In this document: positions 47,783 through 61,448 of the stretch, in pieces
Position numbering within the stretch: the stretch's first letter is position 1
Layout: each line of letters opens with the position of its first letter
Origin: Rhynchopus sp. YZ270_cl-10
Taxonomy: Eukaryota
DNA length: 64,000 bases
NCBI GenBank assembly: GCA_964035575.1
Contig: OZ037845.1
Span: 1,178,001 to 1,242,000, forward strand
Direction of reading: 5' to 3'
Program-made: the position numbers and the translations under genes
Notes under the pieces: model-generated
What the model saw: only the letters and a program-made list of their open reading frames with translations
What the model was told of the DNA's origin: nothing
The model's database searches: none

Positions 47783-50138
47783 AGGAAACAACTGTATCGT
47801 TTTATGAACCTTTTATATGGTGGACTTAAGTAGGCTTAGGATCACCTGCTCTTTTTGTATCTAACCCTTTTATTGTTTGTTATACCCCAAAAAAGTTAAC
47901 GCGCAAACACAAAAAAGCACCCCCCTTCATCTGTTTGCTGTGCATAATAACAAAGTTTCTTTTTCCTTGAACGAACTATTTTGAGGCGGCAATTCCCCCC
48001 CCGTTTTGCGTTGAATTTGTGGAAGCTTCTTTTTGACTATGTGTTTAGAGGTACAGGGCTTTGTATTTCAAGTCACCCCCTTTTTTTTAAAAACTGTCTT
48101 TTGTGGTATTCTGTTTGATTGGTCGTTTAACTAGGCTTGTTGTCAGATTTTTTATGTAGTTGTGTTCTACGAGTAAAACGAGTCCACGTCGCTATCAGAA
48201 ACAAACAATACACAGAAAAAAAAAGTTTGGGTACATTTAGTGTGCCTTTATACCTTCTGTTCAGTGGAATAGAAAGTATATGAAGTAATATGTAGTTGTG
48301 TTCTCTCTGGCTCCCTCAACCAAAGAATTGATGTATGTCCTAAGGATGTATTTATTCAAGGTATCAGAGCACACCCATTGCTAGGATCATCTATCCAACC
48401 CTTCCTTTCAGGTAACTTACTAAAAGGTAACCAAGCAAGAGAGGCCTGGGTTTATCTTAGCAAAACGTTTCATTTTTTTTAAATTCCTACGAAGCTTGCT
48501 TTAAAGGAGAAATAGTATTACCGGTACCGCCAATCATCCCTCAAAAAGGAGGATTTGTGCAATCAACGAAAAACAACCACCTACCGATCCTACTTTACAT
48601 ATTTCATGGGCGTATCATTTTTGAACGTTCCTCATGTACTTTGTACTATCTGATTGTAAAGTATATGAAATTTTGTTAATACAGGCGGTTGAGTTATTCA
48701 TTTTAAGGACTTCACTTTTTATAAGATTCTTCATTTCACTTTCCTTGTTTTGAGTAGCCTTCCCTGTAGGATGACACTCTGGCGATATTTAAAAAAAAAA
48801 ACAAAATGCGCCAAAAAAAAGTACATCATCTCTGTATGTGTTTGGTCAAAAATTATGCCCACACAATGACATTTATTTTTTGGAGGTTGTCCTCTTTATC
48901 TTCTTCTCTTTTTCGTTGTTTTTTTTTTACAGATTTGCACCCCTCATCGTCATATTGTCTTCGTACGGTGGAGTCCGCCCATTTTGGGCGGACTCCACCG
49001 TGCGCCTTCAAAAAAGGTCTGTCAAAACGCTTACGAATTTGACAAAAAAAGAGAAATGGTTTTGTGGGGTCAGCCCCTATACTTTTTTGTTACCTGGTGA
49101 GGTGTTTTGCACCCCCTTTTTTTTTCGTCCCCCAGCTTCTTTTAAATATGTGTGTGCACGAGAGGTACATTCGTGTTATAAGATTTTTTTTCTTTTGATG
49201 CTAGCCGAGTGTTTCTGTGTTGTTTTTGTGTGTCGAAGCAAAATATTTTAAAGATGACTAAGTACGAGAGGCTTAGGTTCATCTTCTAAAATTTTTCTTT
49301 AGTAATGCCTGCTTCTTGGGTGGTGGGTGTATGACATACGACATACGTCTATCATATTGTCTTCTTTTTTTAACCGTCAACTCTCCTCCCAGATGAGGCT
49401 ACGATGTGGTTAAACAGCATTCAAAAAAAGTGAAGACTGTCGTTATAGCAGCTACACTGAACGGATTATTTAAAAAAAAAAAATTATACTGGTGCCGACT
49501 ATGTTCCACACAAACATGCACAGACCCACGTTTTTTTTTTTCCTTCTCTTTTCTTTCTGGCTCCTTATTTTTCCTGTGTGTAGCGCGAACCTCTAACTGT
49601 CGTATTTTTATTTTCTCACCCTTTTTATTTCCTCTTTTGGAACATTTTTTCAAAAGTAGCAACTATTAGTCTATAGGCCCATTCCTTTATTTTTCGTTTT
49701 CTCTAATCGGAAACACAATTTGTCAACGTCATTCAGTTCAAAAAAAACCCCCCCTCATAACCCTCAAAAAAAAGAAGTATTTTTGCCCCAAACAGACCCC
49801 ATTTTGCAAGATGATGTGTACTCAAAATCAAATGGCGTACTTCCTCTGCAGAAGATCGCCACCAAATGAGGAGATTAGGAGGCACGTTTATTTTCAGAAA
49901 AAAAAAGTTTTTTTTTTTTGTATTGCGTAAAACTCCCTCTGCCGCCCTGCCCTGCCTTTCCCCTGGCTTTAACTTAAGCAAAGCAAAAAAAAAAGAAAGT
50001 GTACCATTGTACTGGCAACTACACTATTCCAACAGTTTTTTCAAAAAAAAAAGCATTTGCCCCAGAATTATCTCCCATTTTTTTTCACAGTCTTTTTTTA
50101 ATACTTCACTACAACAGAAAGGGGGAAAAGACAAAAAA

Positions 50139-51122
50139 ATGGCCGAATCCTCCAAATACGAAGCACTCCAACGGGAATATGACGAATTCCGTGACACAAG
50201 CAGAGTATGTCTTACATTTATTACATCACGTCATCGTACGTGCAAAAATTTGCGAACTCCGGCTGGGGAAATGACATTATCCCTGACAACAAACTTGTGG
50301 AAGCCAGCGCAGCATGATGCTGTGCGATAACGAATATGATAAGGTGACTATGCGAGGCTTAGGGTCATCTTATAAACTTTTCTTATTATTCCGAGAGAAC
50401 CTTTCTGCTTCTTACCAACTCTCCTTTGATCTTTTGACCGCTATCTATCACCTTTAACCCTACTCCCCTTTCAGGAAATGGAAGAAGCCTTGGAGCAGTC
50501 GTTAGAAGAGCTGTCCCGCAAAAGCGATGCCACGGAAGCTGAGCTCGATGCAATGCGGAAGAAACGTCGTCGTGAGATGCGTGAACACAGCAACGAGGCG
50601 GACGCCTTAAAAGCCTCTGTTGCAGAACTCCAGGCGCAAGCGGTGACATTGAAACGAAGCCTGCGGGAAACCGAGACCGAGGGAGAACGCAGCACCAAGC
50701 TCATCAAGATCCTTGAACGCGAAGTCACCAGCCTCAAAGCAACGTCAGAAGAAGCTGCCGAAGAAGCCTTCCTCATGAAAGGAGAAAAAGAGCACGCATC
50801 CCAAGCCCTGCAGGACGCCAACCGCGAGGTGACGCACCTCAAGAGAGAGTTGAAGGAGGCAGCGCAGGTCCCAGTGTCAACGGTCCCAACGGTAGCAAGC
50901 ATTGACCAAACCACACCAATTGACGTCAAAGCAACAGAGGCCGCGTTAGAACTATTAGCAGAACAGCTTGTTCAATCCAGAAGGTTTGTGGAATTATTTT
51001 ATAAACAAGAAAGAACCTTTATAGTGAATCTCTCTAAACCTCATAACCCTATTTACAGCGCGAAATCCGACTGGGATAAACTTCTCAAACAGGCAGAAGA
51101 GGGATGTGCTGCGTGTGGGTGA
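50139..51122 (+). CDS. Coiled-coil protein with NudE/NDE1-like N-terminus; exons 50139-50204 and 50475-51122
   Basis: Spliced product reads EYDEFRDTSR|EMEEALEQSL, resembling the NudE motif EFQESSRELEAELE. GTATGT/TTTCAG intron. Confidence 0.6.
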
Positions 51123-52458
51123 GGGTCTCCCTTTTGGAAGGGAGACATCACCAAGGGGAAAGCAGCAACAGTGATGCACCCCACTCTTCAGTACGGCTGA
51201 TGGCTGATGACATACCCTAAGCCACCCGACACTCTTCTCAGCTCTCATGTCGTATCAAGAAAAGCAAAGACACTGTGTTGAAGGTCGCGATGTAAATGAG
51301 CACTGTACAGAGTTCCTTTCTGTGCACCCAGGATAGAAGTAAACACAACAGCGTATCAGCAACATAATGAGGGAGTTCACATTGTGATGGTCTGTGTCCT
51401 CTCTCTGTCTTGGATAAACAGCTTTTTGTGCGCTTCAAAAAAATGAAGCAAAAAAAAGGCCACAAAAGGGCCCCCCTTTTGACGCTGTTGGAGAGATGCT
51501 GTTGCGAAATTGAGAAAGCATTTGGAAACACTTCAGGACCTCCTAGAGCTTCGAACCGATCTTATTGCATTGTGCTGCCTGGGTTGAGAAAATTTATCTG
51601 ATTTTGTCTTTATGTTGTAATGTCTGCAAACATAAGGGTGTGGTGTAGTGTGAATGGCTCTGTTTGCATAGGGTCCGTTCCAGGTTGGCGTTCCCCTCCA
51701 GTCCCTCTCACTTCATTTTTCGCTACAGGACACTCAGGATGGGGGTGTGCAGGTCTGTAGATTATCCTATCCTACATCCACAGTATATCTTCTTAGTGCT
51801 TTGGTCTGAGGTGACAAATACAGTTGGTCAGGAGGTGGCAAAAAGCGTCTCCCCTCTGCTGCTCTTGAGACCGTCCATTGGTACGACGTCTGCAAAGTCA
51901 GTGTAAGGAGGTGGAAGACTCTGTCCTTGTGTGGACAAACAGTGGTTGTGTCAGAGAGGGGGGTCTTTTTTTGCAACGTTGTTTCCCCCTGGTATCTTTT
52001 TGAAGATACTCTAGATCTGTTTTCCCCCCTCCGCTAGCTGGGGGGTTTTGCTGGTGGACCTTTCTTTTTTTGTCATGCGCTCCACTATTTTGAACGCATT
52101 TTCTCATACATTTTTCTCTCGTTTGCTTCACCTTTTTCTCTACAGACGGAAAAAAAAACAGGACTTTCCATTTTTATTACCCTCCTTTCCTAAACAAGAT
52201 TTTTCGTTTGCAGTCTCAAACCGTTCATGTCATGGTCCACTACACTACCGTCAAAAACTGAGAGGGCAGATACTCCGTCTTGTGGTGTCCCCTCACTTAG
52301 TAAATCCACATGAAGGCGTACGATGGTCACGTCCAAACCTTTTTTGTTTTGATCTGTCATCTTCTATCTTTAGATTGCTACTTCATCCTCCCTCTTCCCT
52401 CTTCGCTCTTCCCTTCCCACGCCCCCATAGGAGAGGGGGGCCTATCTCTACACATGCG

Positions 52459-52863
52459 ATGTACAGCGAAGCGGGTTGGGACAAGGCAAGAGAGAGACGG
52501 AGGGCGTGGCTTGTGTCTGGGCGTCCTGGGCGGATTGATGTGACAGTCGTGTTTGTGTTCGGTGTGATCGCAGGGGTGTCCATGTGCATCCTGCTTCTGT
52601 GGGCCACCGGGTCTATCGGCCCGCGGTCCTGGTGCAGTGGCAACCAAGCGCTCTCGGTAGACCACCAACAGCTCGTGCAGTACATGCAGGAGGTTTCAGA
52701 GAGCCAGGTCGCGTACCTGAAACGCGAGCTTTTCAAGTCCATGCAAGAGGCGGCAACGCACCGTGCCAACTCGGACACATGCCAGAACGCACTCAGCGCG
52801 CAATGTCCGATGGCAGCGATGTGTGCAAGCATTCATGAAGTTGGTAAGGTTGATTTGGCATAA
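52459..52863 (+). CDS. Small single-pass membrane protein, unknown function
   Basis: Hydrophobic VTVVFVFGVIAGVSMCILLLW followed by a short helical region. GC-rich coding-like island. Confidence 0.5.
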   Translation: MYSEAGWDKARERRRAWLVSGRPGRIDVTVVFVFGVIAGVSMCILLLWATGSIGPRSWCSGNQALSVDHQQLVQYMQEVSESQVAYLKRELFKSMQEAATHRANSDTCQNALSAQCPMAAMCASIHEVGKVDLA

Positions 52864-54436
52864 CCTATGTAGGTGTCTAGGGGAAAGAGGGATATGTTAA
52901 GAGAGCAAAGGGATCAGTACCGTCCACCTTCTTTGCCATCGCAGAAGCACTGCGTCTGTCGAGGCGTTTGCGCTCTTGTATCAAGGTGGCTGAGATCGAG
53001 GGGCTGAGGTTCGTCTTACCAACCGTTCTCTTTGAGGGGTACGAGAGGTTCATTCATGCTACAACTTTTCCCACCCCTTATTTTCGTTCAGGCTGTAGGT
53101 AAGTTAGGGATGTACTGTGGTCTTCTCTTTGTGGTGTGCGTAGAAAATGCAGCACAAACCATGCATTTTGTAGGTACAAATTATAGAAAAAAAAATACCA
53201 CATTGCTATGATCACGATATCCAGATATTCTACCATGCTTTTTCACAGTTCATTTACTCAATTCCCTCGCTTCGATTACATTTTTCTTTTAACCAGTGCC
53301 TGCGTCCGCCGAACGGTGAGGCGTTTGCTCTTTCAACTTCTCTTTTTCCTGTTGCAGAGAAGAGGAACAAAAATCATGTATCTGGCCTACACAAATTGGG
53401 GGGTATTTTTTTTGCTGTGATATTAAAGCTGTTTTTTCTCTTTTCTTGTGCACACAGTGAAGCGCTTTCATCACCTTTCGATATTTTTTTAGTCATGACT
53501 GTATCCCAGAGGCGTTTGCACTTTCAACACCGGGGGTCATGGTGACTAAGACACAGAGCGGTGTGAGACATCAGAGAAAAGCGTTTTTTTTTCTTCTTTT
53601 TGAACGTTATTGTGTGCTTTCTGTTCTTTGAATGGAAAGTATATGAAATATGGTTCATTTTATAGCAAGAGAACAGGTCGTGGCAAAAGCAACATGCACT
53701 CTGTACCATAAAGTTCCAAGTAAACGACCGTATTTTTTTTTGTTCTCGAGGGCGTGGCGCGTCCGCCTTTTTTTTGCTATCACCCGGTAGGATGCCCGTG
53801 TGTGCAGTGTAGGCGCACTCTCTCCTATGGTAGCCAAAGTTTTGGGGTGAGTGTCTAGGTAATTCATCGAAAACTTTTTCCCTCATCACTAACTTAAACC
53901 TCCCCCCCATGTGTCCCCTCCGGGGTTTAAATGCGGGTAAGATGCGTTCTTGTCCATCCCGTCTCGTGATATTCCGTTCTTTCAATAAAAAAAAAGCTTT
54001 CCTTTTTGAAACCCAGCTTAATATATAACAACAGTAAGTGCAGAGTCAGTGTACTTCACTTTTTTAAAAAAAGACGCAATTTGTTTGAAATGAATTTATT
54101 ATGTTTTGTTCTATGTGCCTGCGTCCACAGAGGTGTTTCTGGATGAGTAAGGGACTCCCTGCATTTATAAGATGTGTGCACGAGAGGCACCTTTCATCTT
54201 TTCAAGCTTTCTTTATGTTCAAAACAATACGAAAAACCACACCCCCTACTTTGTTTCTCTCTCTTTTTGAACAAGGTGATTCTTTTCAGGGCAACAAACG
54301 CACCGAGGCCCTATTGTCTTACACTTTTCTCACATTTTTTTTCTTCCCACCTCAAAATCCAGGCAACAATCCACACATTTTATAACCCCTCCCCTTTTTT
54401 CCCTTTTTTTCTTGGGGGGAGGGGAGGTAAGGCACG

Positions 54437-57400
54437 ATGTCGCATGAATGGCGGATACCTGTAGAACCATTTGCAGGAGACCAGCAGCCCGACCAGGATG
54501 GTACGAGTGAAATGAATGAATTTTTGCAGGTTCATGCGGGTGCCGACGATGAGGAAACTGTGCGTATAAATAAGGTGGAGCAGAAGCGGAAGCGCCAGGA
54601 GAAGGTTGCCGCCGAAAACACCCACGCACGGAAGCGTCAACGCAAGGATAAGGAGGCCGTCATTCAAAAGACGCCCGAGCAGAAGAGACACGAAGCGCTT
54701 GCAAGAGAAAAGCGTCAGGAGCGTTCATTCCGAAGGGAGGTAGACATCATGCGTGGTGGGAAGTACTACAAGCTGAAGGACGAAATGCTCGAGAGGGAGC
54801 GTGCGGTCCGTGACGCGCGGAAGAACAAGATTGAATCGCGCGACTTTGTCGAGCGTGCGAACAAACAACAGGACCTGAGTGAGCTGGACATCCGTGCCAA
54901 CCGCATCAACGATATTGCGCGTGCGTTCTACAGCAGCCCGACGTACAGCAAGACCGGTAACAGGGCGATTGGCGAGATTGTCACGTTGGTGCCACAGCAC
55001 GCCCTAGGCTACATCAAGCTTGTATGCGAGGGTGAGGACCTTGACCTGCTCCCCACAGAGCTGGCGCAAGACTCTGAGTTCATGAAGGTGCGGAAGTTCC
55101 TCATCGACGGCACGTCTGTGCTGCACAAGGCACTGCTCGTAGGAGACCTTGTTGAGTTTGAGTTCTACCCGAACCTGCAGGGCACGGCAGTGTCCTCAGA
55201 TGACTGGAAGTTCGCCAACAGAGGCGAAATTCAGTGGGTCGCCCACGAGCTCAAGATCCGCTACAATGCCATCGACAAGATCCCATACCGCTCCCAAATG
55301 GTTCCGCTCGAAGTCCGTAAGTACATGTTGTCCCTGCTTGAGCTTATTGAGGCAGAAGCCGACCTCGCCCTCTACGCAAAGATCACTCAGGAGCTTGAGT
55401 TCTGGCGCCGCCTCCTTGGTGAGGAGTACACAAACAAGCCAGCCCGCGGTCTCATGTTCTGGCACGTCCTCCTCATCCTCTCGATTGCAAGCAGGACCTG
55501 GCTCGAGTCTGCCACAGTGCCCCTCATGCTTGCGTCCTTCTTCGATTCCTTCACGGGGTCGGAGTTCATTGAGGTGACGCTTCCTGGTTTGATTGAGACT
55601 GAGGTGCTTACGGAAGCTGCGCTGGTTAAGGCGGCACAGTTTGTGTTCCTGTTCAAGAAGCACACCGACAACGATGTGACGAGTCTGTATCAGCACCTTG
55701 TGTCGTCGCACAAGCAGATGCCACCTGAGTCGGACTCTGCGGTTGAAATGAAGGTCAGTTTGGACAAGACGCTGAACATCCTGAGGGAGCTGGACAGCTT
55801 CCCTTCCCTGCTTGGGCAGGCGTGCAACAAGGGGTACAACACACTGCGGGTGAAGTCGAAGGAGGAGCTGCGTGACGTGGACCGTATCATCACTGCCGAG
55901 AAGGAGGGGCACTCCACGGAAGTGGACGGGCTTGACCCGCTGCCCCGTCTTGAGGAGTTCCTTGTGGAGGACTCGCTCGCACCAGAGAACCTTCCCAAGA
56001 ACCGTGCAGAAGGATCCTGGGGCACACCGGAGGTCTACACACGCACCGCCTTCGAGTTGCTCCGTGCAGACACGTACCGTGAATTCCAATACTCCATGCA
56101 CCACAAAATCCACAAGTGGCAAGAGTTCCAGCAAATGACCGACGAAGGCGAAAAGCGCAACATCGACAGACCCACCCGTCTCATGAACGTATGTTGAATT
56201 GTCGGAGAACCTTTCCTAATTATTTTTTCTAAATACAAAAACAGATCGTGTCCGTCATGGGAGTCAACTACACAGGACAGACCCAGGCTGGGCGTCTTTG
56301 CTACACAGTCCGTTTCCAGAAAATCGAGCACATGGAACGTGCGTGGGAGATGAGGTATTGTTTCCCCCACCTGACATTGTTGAGGCTTACTTAATGCGAG
56401 AGGCTTATACCAATTATTCTCTCTCTTTTTACCTTTTTAACCCCTACAGAATGTACGACAAGGGTAACTTGGTTGCAATTACTGTCGACCGTTTTAAGGA
56501 GACTATCTGGTGGGCGGTTGTTGGACACAGAGATTTGGTGTTGCTGTCTGAGTACATTGTGGGGCTTGAGTTCATTGCGGGGGACCCTGTGGACTTGCAG
56601 AAGAAGCTGCAGCAGATGCAGCGTGAGGGTAAGGATGCGGAGAACTGTCTCATGGTTGAGGCGAACACTGTGTTCTTTGCGGGGTACCGTCCTGTGTTGG
56701 AGGCGCTGCAACTCTTTGCGAGAAACGCAAAGAGCGAAGGGCACTGCCCGTTCGAGGACTTCCTTGTGTATGGGCAGAACGGCACCAAGACACCGCCGTG
56801 GGTTGAACACAACCGCGAGGCATTCGACAGGGAGCTCAAGAACTGCACAGAGGAGAACACCTTCGATTTGTCCCAGGAGCGTGCGATTCAGGGGCTTGCG
56901 AACAACTTCCTTCTCGTCCAGGGTCCTCCTGGGACCGGGAAGAGTTACACCGGAGTGAAGATGGTGGACGTGATCCTTCGTACACGATACGCCGCGCTCG
57001 ACAAGCTGAACAACAACAAGGAGAAGAAACAGATTGAGGAGCTCATGGCGGAGGCACGCAAGTCGAGTGAGAACTACCAGCAGATGCAGAAGCGGTGCGA
57101 CCAGCTCAAGGACATGGTCATGCAGGACAAACTCAAGCGTGACAACGCAGAGAGAAACCGCGACTACAAACAATGTAAGGAGATCCGAGAGGTATGCTGT
57201 TCTATTCCGTACCATTCACACAACACATCACACAGAGAATCCTGAGAAACATGAACAAGCGTGAAAAGAACAAAGCCCAGATGCGCGAAATTGACAACCA
57301 ACAGTCGCTTTTGTTCGTCAAGATCATGCAGCTTGAACAGACCCGTGAGAAGGAGACACGCATCATGAAGCGCAACTCTGGGCCGATCCAGATTATCACA

Positions 57401-60162
57401 TACAAGAACCATTCCCTCGACGAGTTTATGATGGATGTGATGCCATCTGTACGGTTGTGCGCTGACGAGCCGACCAGACGCGACGGGCTTGTCCGTTTCG
57501 GTTCGCGTTCCCTCTGTGAAGAGCTTGAACAGTACAACGTCGTTGAGCACGTCCGTCGCTACGAGCTGGAGCCTGGCCTCATGCCCTACCAGAAGGTCGT
57601 GTCTGCGTCGCTCCGCAGCAAGGTCGACCACCTGAAGACCATTGGCGCAGAAATCTCGCATCTTCAGGGAGGCAACCTGACCGTCGAGTGCATGAACAAC
57701 TCCCTCAGCGAGGAGCAGAAGCGCAGCTTCGGTGCAATCTCTGAAGCCTCCATCGAGAAGTGGGTGGGCAAGCCGTACGACGAGGTGCTTGTCTCCCTTG
57801 AGGACGCACAGAGGCGTGCTTTGCAGGAGGACAAAGACAGGGATGAGGACGGTTCTGATGATGGTGTCGGGAGAATGAACGGTGTGAGTGGGCTTCAGGA
57901 TGAGCGTGACATCTACTACACGAAGGCGGAGCAGGAGGCTGAGGACAAACAGCGTGAGAAGTTCATGCAATCGTTCTCCCCTGTGCTTCCGGACACGAAG
58001 ATGCCAAAGGAGCCGACACTCTCCTTCATGCAGCCCACCGACATCGATAGCCTGAGAAAATCGGACAGGCAGGAGCTTAAGAACTTCTACATCCAAAGGC
58101 ATCTCAAAAAGGTGCTCCAGCTCTACCAAAAGCTTAAGGCAGAGTACATCTACCTTGTCTCCGCACAGTTCGAGTTCAGACAGCAGATCAAGTGTGACGC
58201 ACTCCAGCACGCCCAGGTTATCGGCCTGACCGTGACCGGGTGCACCATCAACAAGGAGCTGCTGAACAACATCCAGCCGACCATTCTCATTGTTGAGGAG
58301 GCGGCAGAGATTCTTGAGAGTCAGATTATCTCGTGTTTGAACCAGCGCACTATCCAGCAGGTTGTGCTTGTTGGTGACCATAAGCAGGTATGCCCACCCC
58401 TCCCACCCTTATCCTAACAACATCTTACAGCTGCGCCCCATCGTGCGTGACTACGCTATTGCACGCGACTGCAAGCTTGACATGTCGTTGTTCGAGCGGA
58501 TGGCGAACAACAACATCCCGGTGCACAACTTGACCAACCAGAGAAGAATGGTGCCGGCGATCTCGCAGTTCGTGCGTCCACTGTACAGAGAGCTTCGTGA
58601 CGACGACTCGTTGAAGCCACGTAAGATGCACTGCGAGCTGTCTGGAGAAGTGCGTGCCGCAGGTGACATCCCCGGACTCGGTAAGCCTGTCTGGTTCTGG
58701 TCGCACGACACTGTCGAGGAGCGTTCCCAGGTGGGTCTCTCTGTTGTGAACCCCATGGAAACGAAGATGATTGTCTGGCTCGTAAAGTACTTCATGGCGC
58801 GTGGAATGTCGCTCAACCAGATGACTGTTCTCACCCCATACAAAGGACAGTTGAGAGATATTAAGGATGCTTTGGAGGCAGCGAGTGTGTGGCGTCCGGA
58901 CATGGCGTGTACTGTGGATCGTTTCCAGGGTGACGAGAATGACCTGATGATTGTCAGTCTGGTGCGTACCCAGAAGCTGACAGAGTTCATCCAGGCGCCG
59001 GATCGCATGTGTGTGTTGCTGTCGCGTGCTCGCTTTGGGATGGTTATTCTTGGAAACTCCGCACTCCTGGACAGCCCTGAGGTGCCTCACTGGATGAAGA
59101 CCATGGAGACCCTTGTGGCGAACAACTGGATCGGACCTAAGTTCCCTATGCTTTGCGACCGTCACCCAGAGGCCACTAAGCACACTGGAATGGAGATTCG
59201 CGAGCTGCTCAACCCTGAGTCCGCTGAGGCCAAGATCGAGAACTTCTGCACCCAGGTGTGCGGGGCGACGTACAAACACTGCATACAGCCTCAGGTGCAC
59301 AGGTGCACCAGGGACTGCCACCACGGTGACCACATTGTGTGTGAACACACCTGTGGGGCAGACCTTCCCTGCAAGCATAAATGTAGCCAGCTTTGCGGGG
59401 TGTGCTTCTCCAACAAGTGTTTCTGCACGGAGAGCATCACAGAGAACGGTACGTGCTACACCTACCAGGAGGTGTCGCATGACAACTGGGAGCAAAAGCA
59501 CCACACCATCACACGCGAGGGCTGCGACGGTGTGGCAAAGTGCTGCGAGCGCACCGTCTACGTCAAGCTCCACTGCGGCCACTTCGAGGAGACACGTTGC
59601 GACCTCCTCGCGAAGTACCCCAACGAAGACGCCTTCATTCATGCCAAGGCCGACAGTTGCAAAGGGTATAAATTTCCCACCCCCACACTCCCTTCTTTTT
59701 TTTCTTAAATTTTCACCTCAACAAACCCCTCTCAGCTGCCGCATTGGTGACGCATTTTACACGGAGTTCCCTAGCCGGATGGACATCCACCCGAGCCTGT
59801 ACCGGACTGCGCAGCAGAATGAGCGTGCTGAGCAGGAGCGGATTGCGATGTTTGAGGCACCGAACGATTATGTGCCTCGCAAGTATGCGGAGTCTGCTGT
59901 GGGCAGTGTTGCATCTTCTCAGGTGATGCTGAAGCAGGAGTTTGTACAGCGTGACGACCAGGCGTTCGACCTGTACGTCCCTGTCAAGAGAGAGCAAGAA
60001 GTGGCCCCCTCAGAAGTTGCCACTGAAGACGGTGGCTATCTGCCTTCCTCCATCGGTGCTGTCTCCGTCAAAACTGAAGAAGCATCCGAGCTTGGAGGAC
60101 AATTCGATCTCCCAAACGCTTACAACCTTGAACCGCCTCTAAAGAAACAGCGGACTGAGTAA
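54437..60162 (+). CDS. ZNFX1: ZNFX1-like SF1 (UPF1-like) RNA helicase with C-terminal Cys/His zinc fingers; exons 54437-56188, 56245-56354, 56450-57191, 57236-58387, 58431-59665, 59736-60162
   Basis: QGPPGTGKS, IVEEAAEILES (ZNFX1-type motif II), GDHKQ|LRP, SLFERM, TVDRFQGDE, LSRAR, then NF-X1-like fingers. Five GT-AG introns keep the frame. Confidence 0.82.
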
Positions 60163-60800
60163 AATAATGAAAAAAAAAGATTTTGACCCCTCTGTGTTAT
60201 CAGCACAGAAGGGGAGGGTCGACTATTTTTGCAAACTTCTGAGGGGGGGAAAAAAAAAATGTATGGAACGTTGTGAGGTGATAATTTTGGTGTGGGGTAT
60301 GGGGGTGTTGGTGCCTTTTCGCATTTTTCTTTTTCTTTTATTTTGGTTTTTGACCTGACACGGAACAGGGTGCAGGGCATCGTTGTTGGTAGGTACACTG
60401 TCACGAGAGGGCTTTGTATTTCAACTCTACTCTTGTTGACGTCTCTGACTCCACAAATGTAATTTAAAAAAAAAAAAAAAAAAGAAAAGCGTCGATAAAA
60501 TGGGAGGGATCATGTGGTTTGTTTTATTTGCACGTGCCTGCCTCCCGAGGTGCCTGCACAATATCAGCTTCATATTTTTTTTGGGGTATGTTCGAAAACC
60601 GCCCGGGGGTTTTTGTAATTGAACGAAAAGGTAAAAAAAAAACCGGGTTTATTTCTTTTTGAAGAAAACTATCTGTTCTATTTTCATTTTTTTTTTCCCC
60701 CTCCAAATAAGAATACGACAACATATTTGGGGCTTTTTTTAAAAAAACTTTGAAAGAGGTGGCCTCTTCTGAAAAGCTTTTTTAGAAAGACTTTTACTTC

Positions 60801-61420
60801 TGGTGTGGCTAAATCCAGTACAAAAACAGCACAAAAGAAGTACAAAAGAAGTACAAAAATTACACTTTATTTTGGGGGTGTTTTTCGCGAAAAATTATTT
60901 CCCTGTATAAACTTTTTGGGGGTCGGGGTCGGGGGGAAATTTTTTTTTTTGGCCTACAAAAAATTGGGGAATTTTTTTTTCTTCTTCGATTATTGGGAGT
61001 CCGTGCGTGCTGTGATGGGGTCACTTTGCGCTGAGAAATGAGTATTTTTGACCTAAAATGCATGCATCAGTTTTTACAGGGCATTTTCAGGTTTAGTGTA
61101 AAATATGGTCAGTACTTGACCACTGAGGGTAAAGTGCAAAGTAAACGTGGGGGCAGTTTGCATAGCTGCGAACTTTGCTGCATGTTGTGACCCACCATTT
61201 TACGGACGGAGACCGACAGTGCCAATTTATGTCGACATTTTTCAGAAATGTTGCATACCGTGGCTTCGCCAGGAACTTTTGGGCCATGACTTGGGGCGAT
61301 TGGGAAAGTACGAATTGGTACCAAAAATAAAAAAAAACCCCTTTTTTTGGGTATACAAAAAAAATACAAAAAAATACAAAGTACAAAAATTACACTTTAT
61401 TTTTGGAGTTAGCCACACCA
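60801..61420. mobile_element. Non-autonomous TIR element, TGGTGTGGCT...AGCCACACCA, 5-bp TSD ACTTC
   Basis: 17-bp TIR with 1 mismatch. ACTTC at 60796-60800 and 61421-61425. Confidence 0.85.
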
Positions 61421-61448
61421 ACTTCTGTTTTTTTTTTTTTTTGGTGAT

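Noticed and set aside
49261..49271. AGTACGAGAGG identical to the sarcin-ricin loop core, suggesting a decoy RNA
   Set aside because: Only this copy matches fully, and the other hairpin copies vary at those bases. A common GNRA loop explains it.
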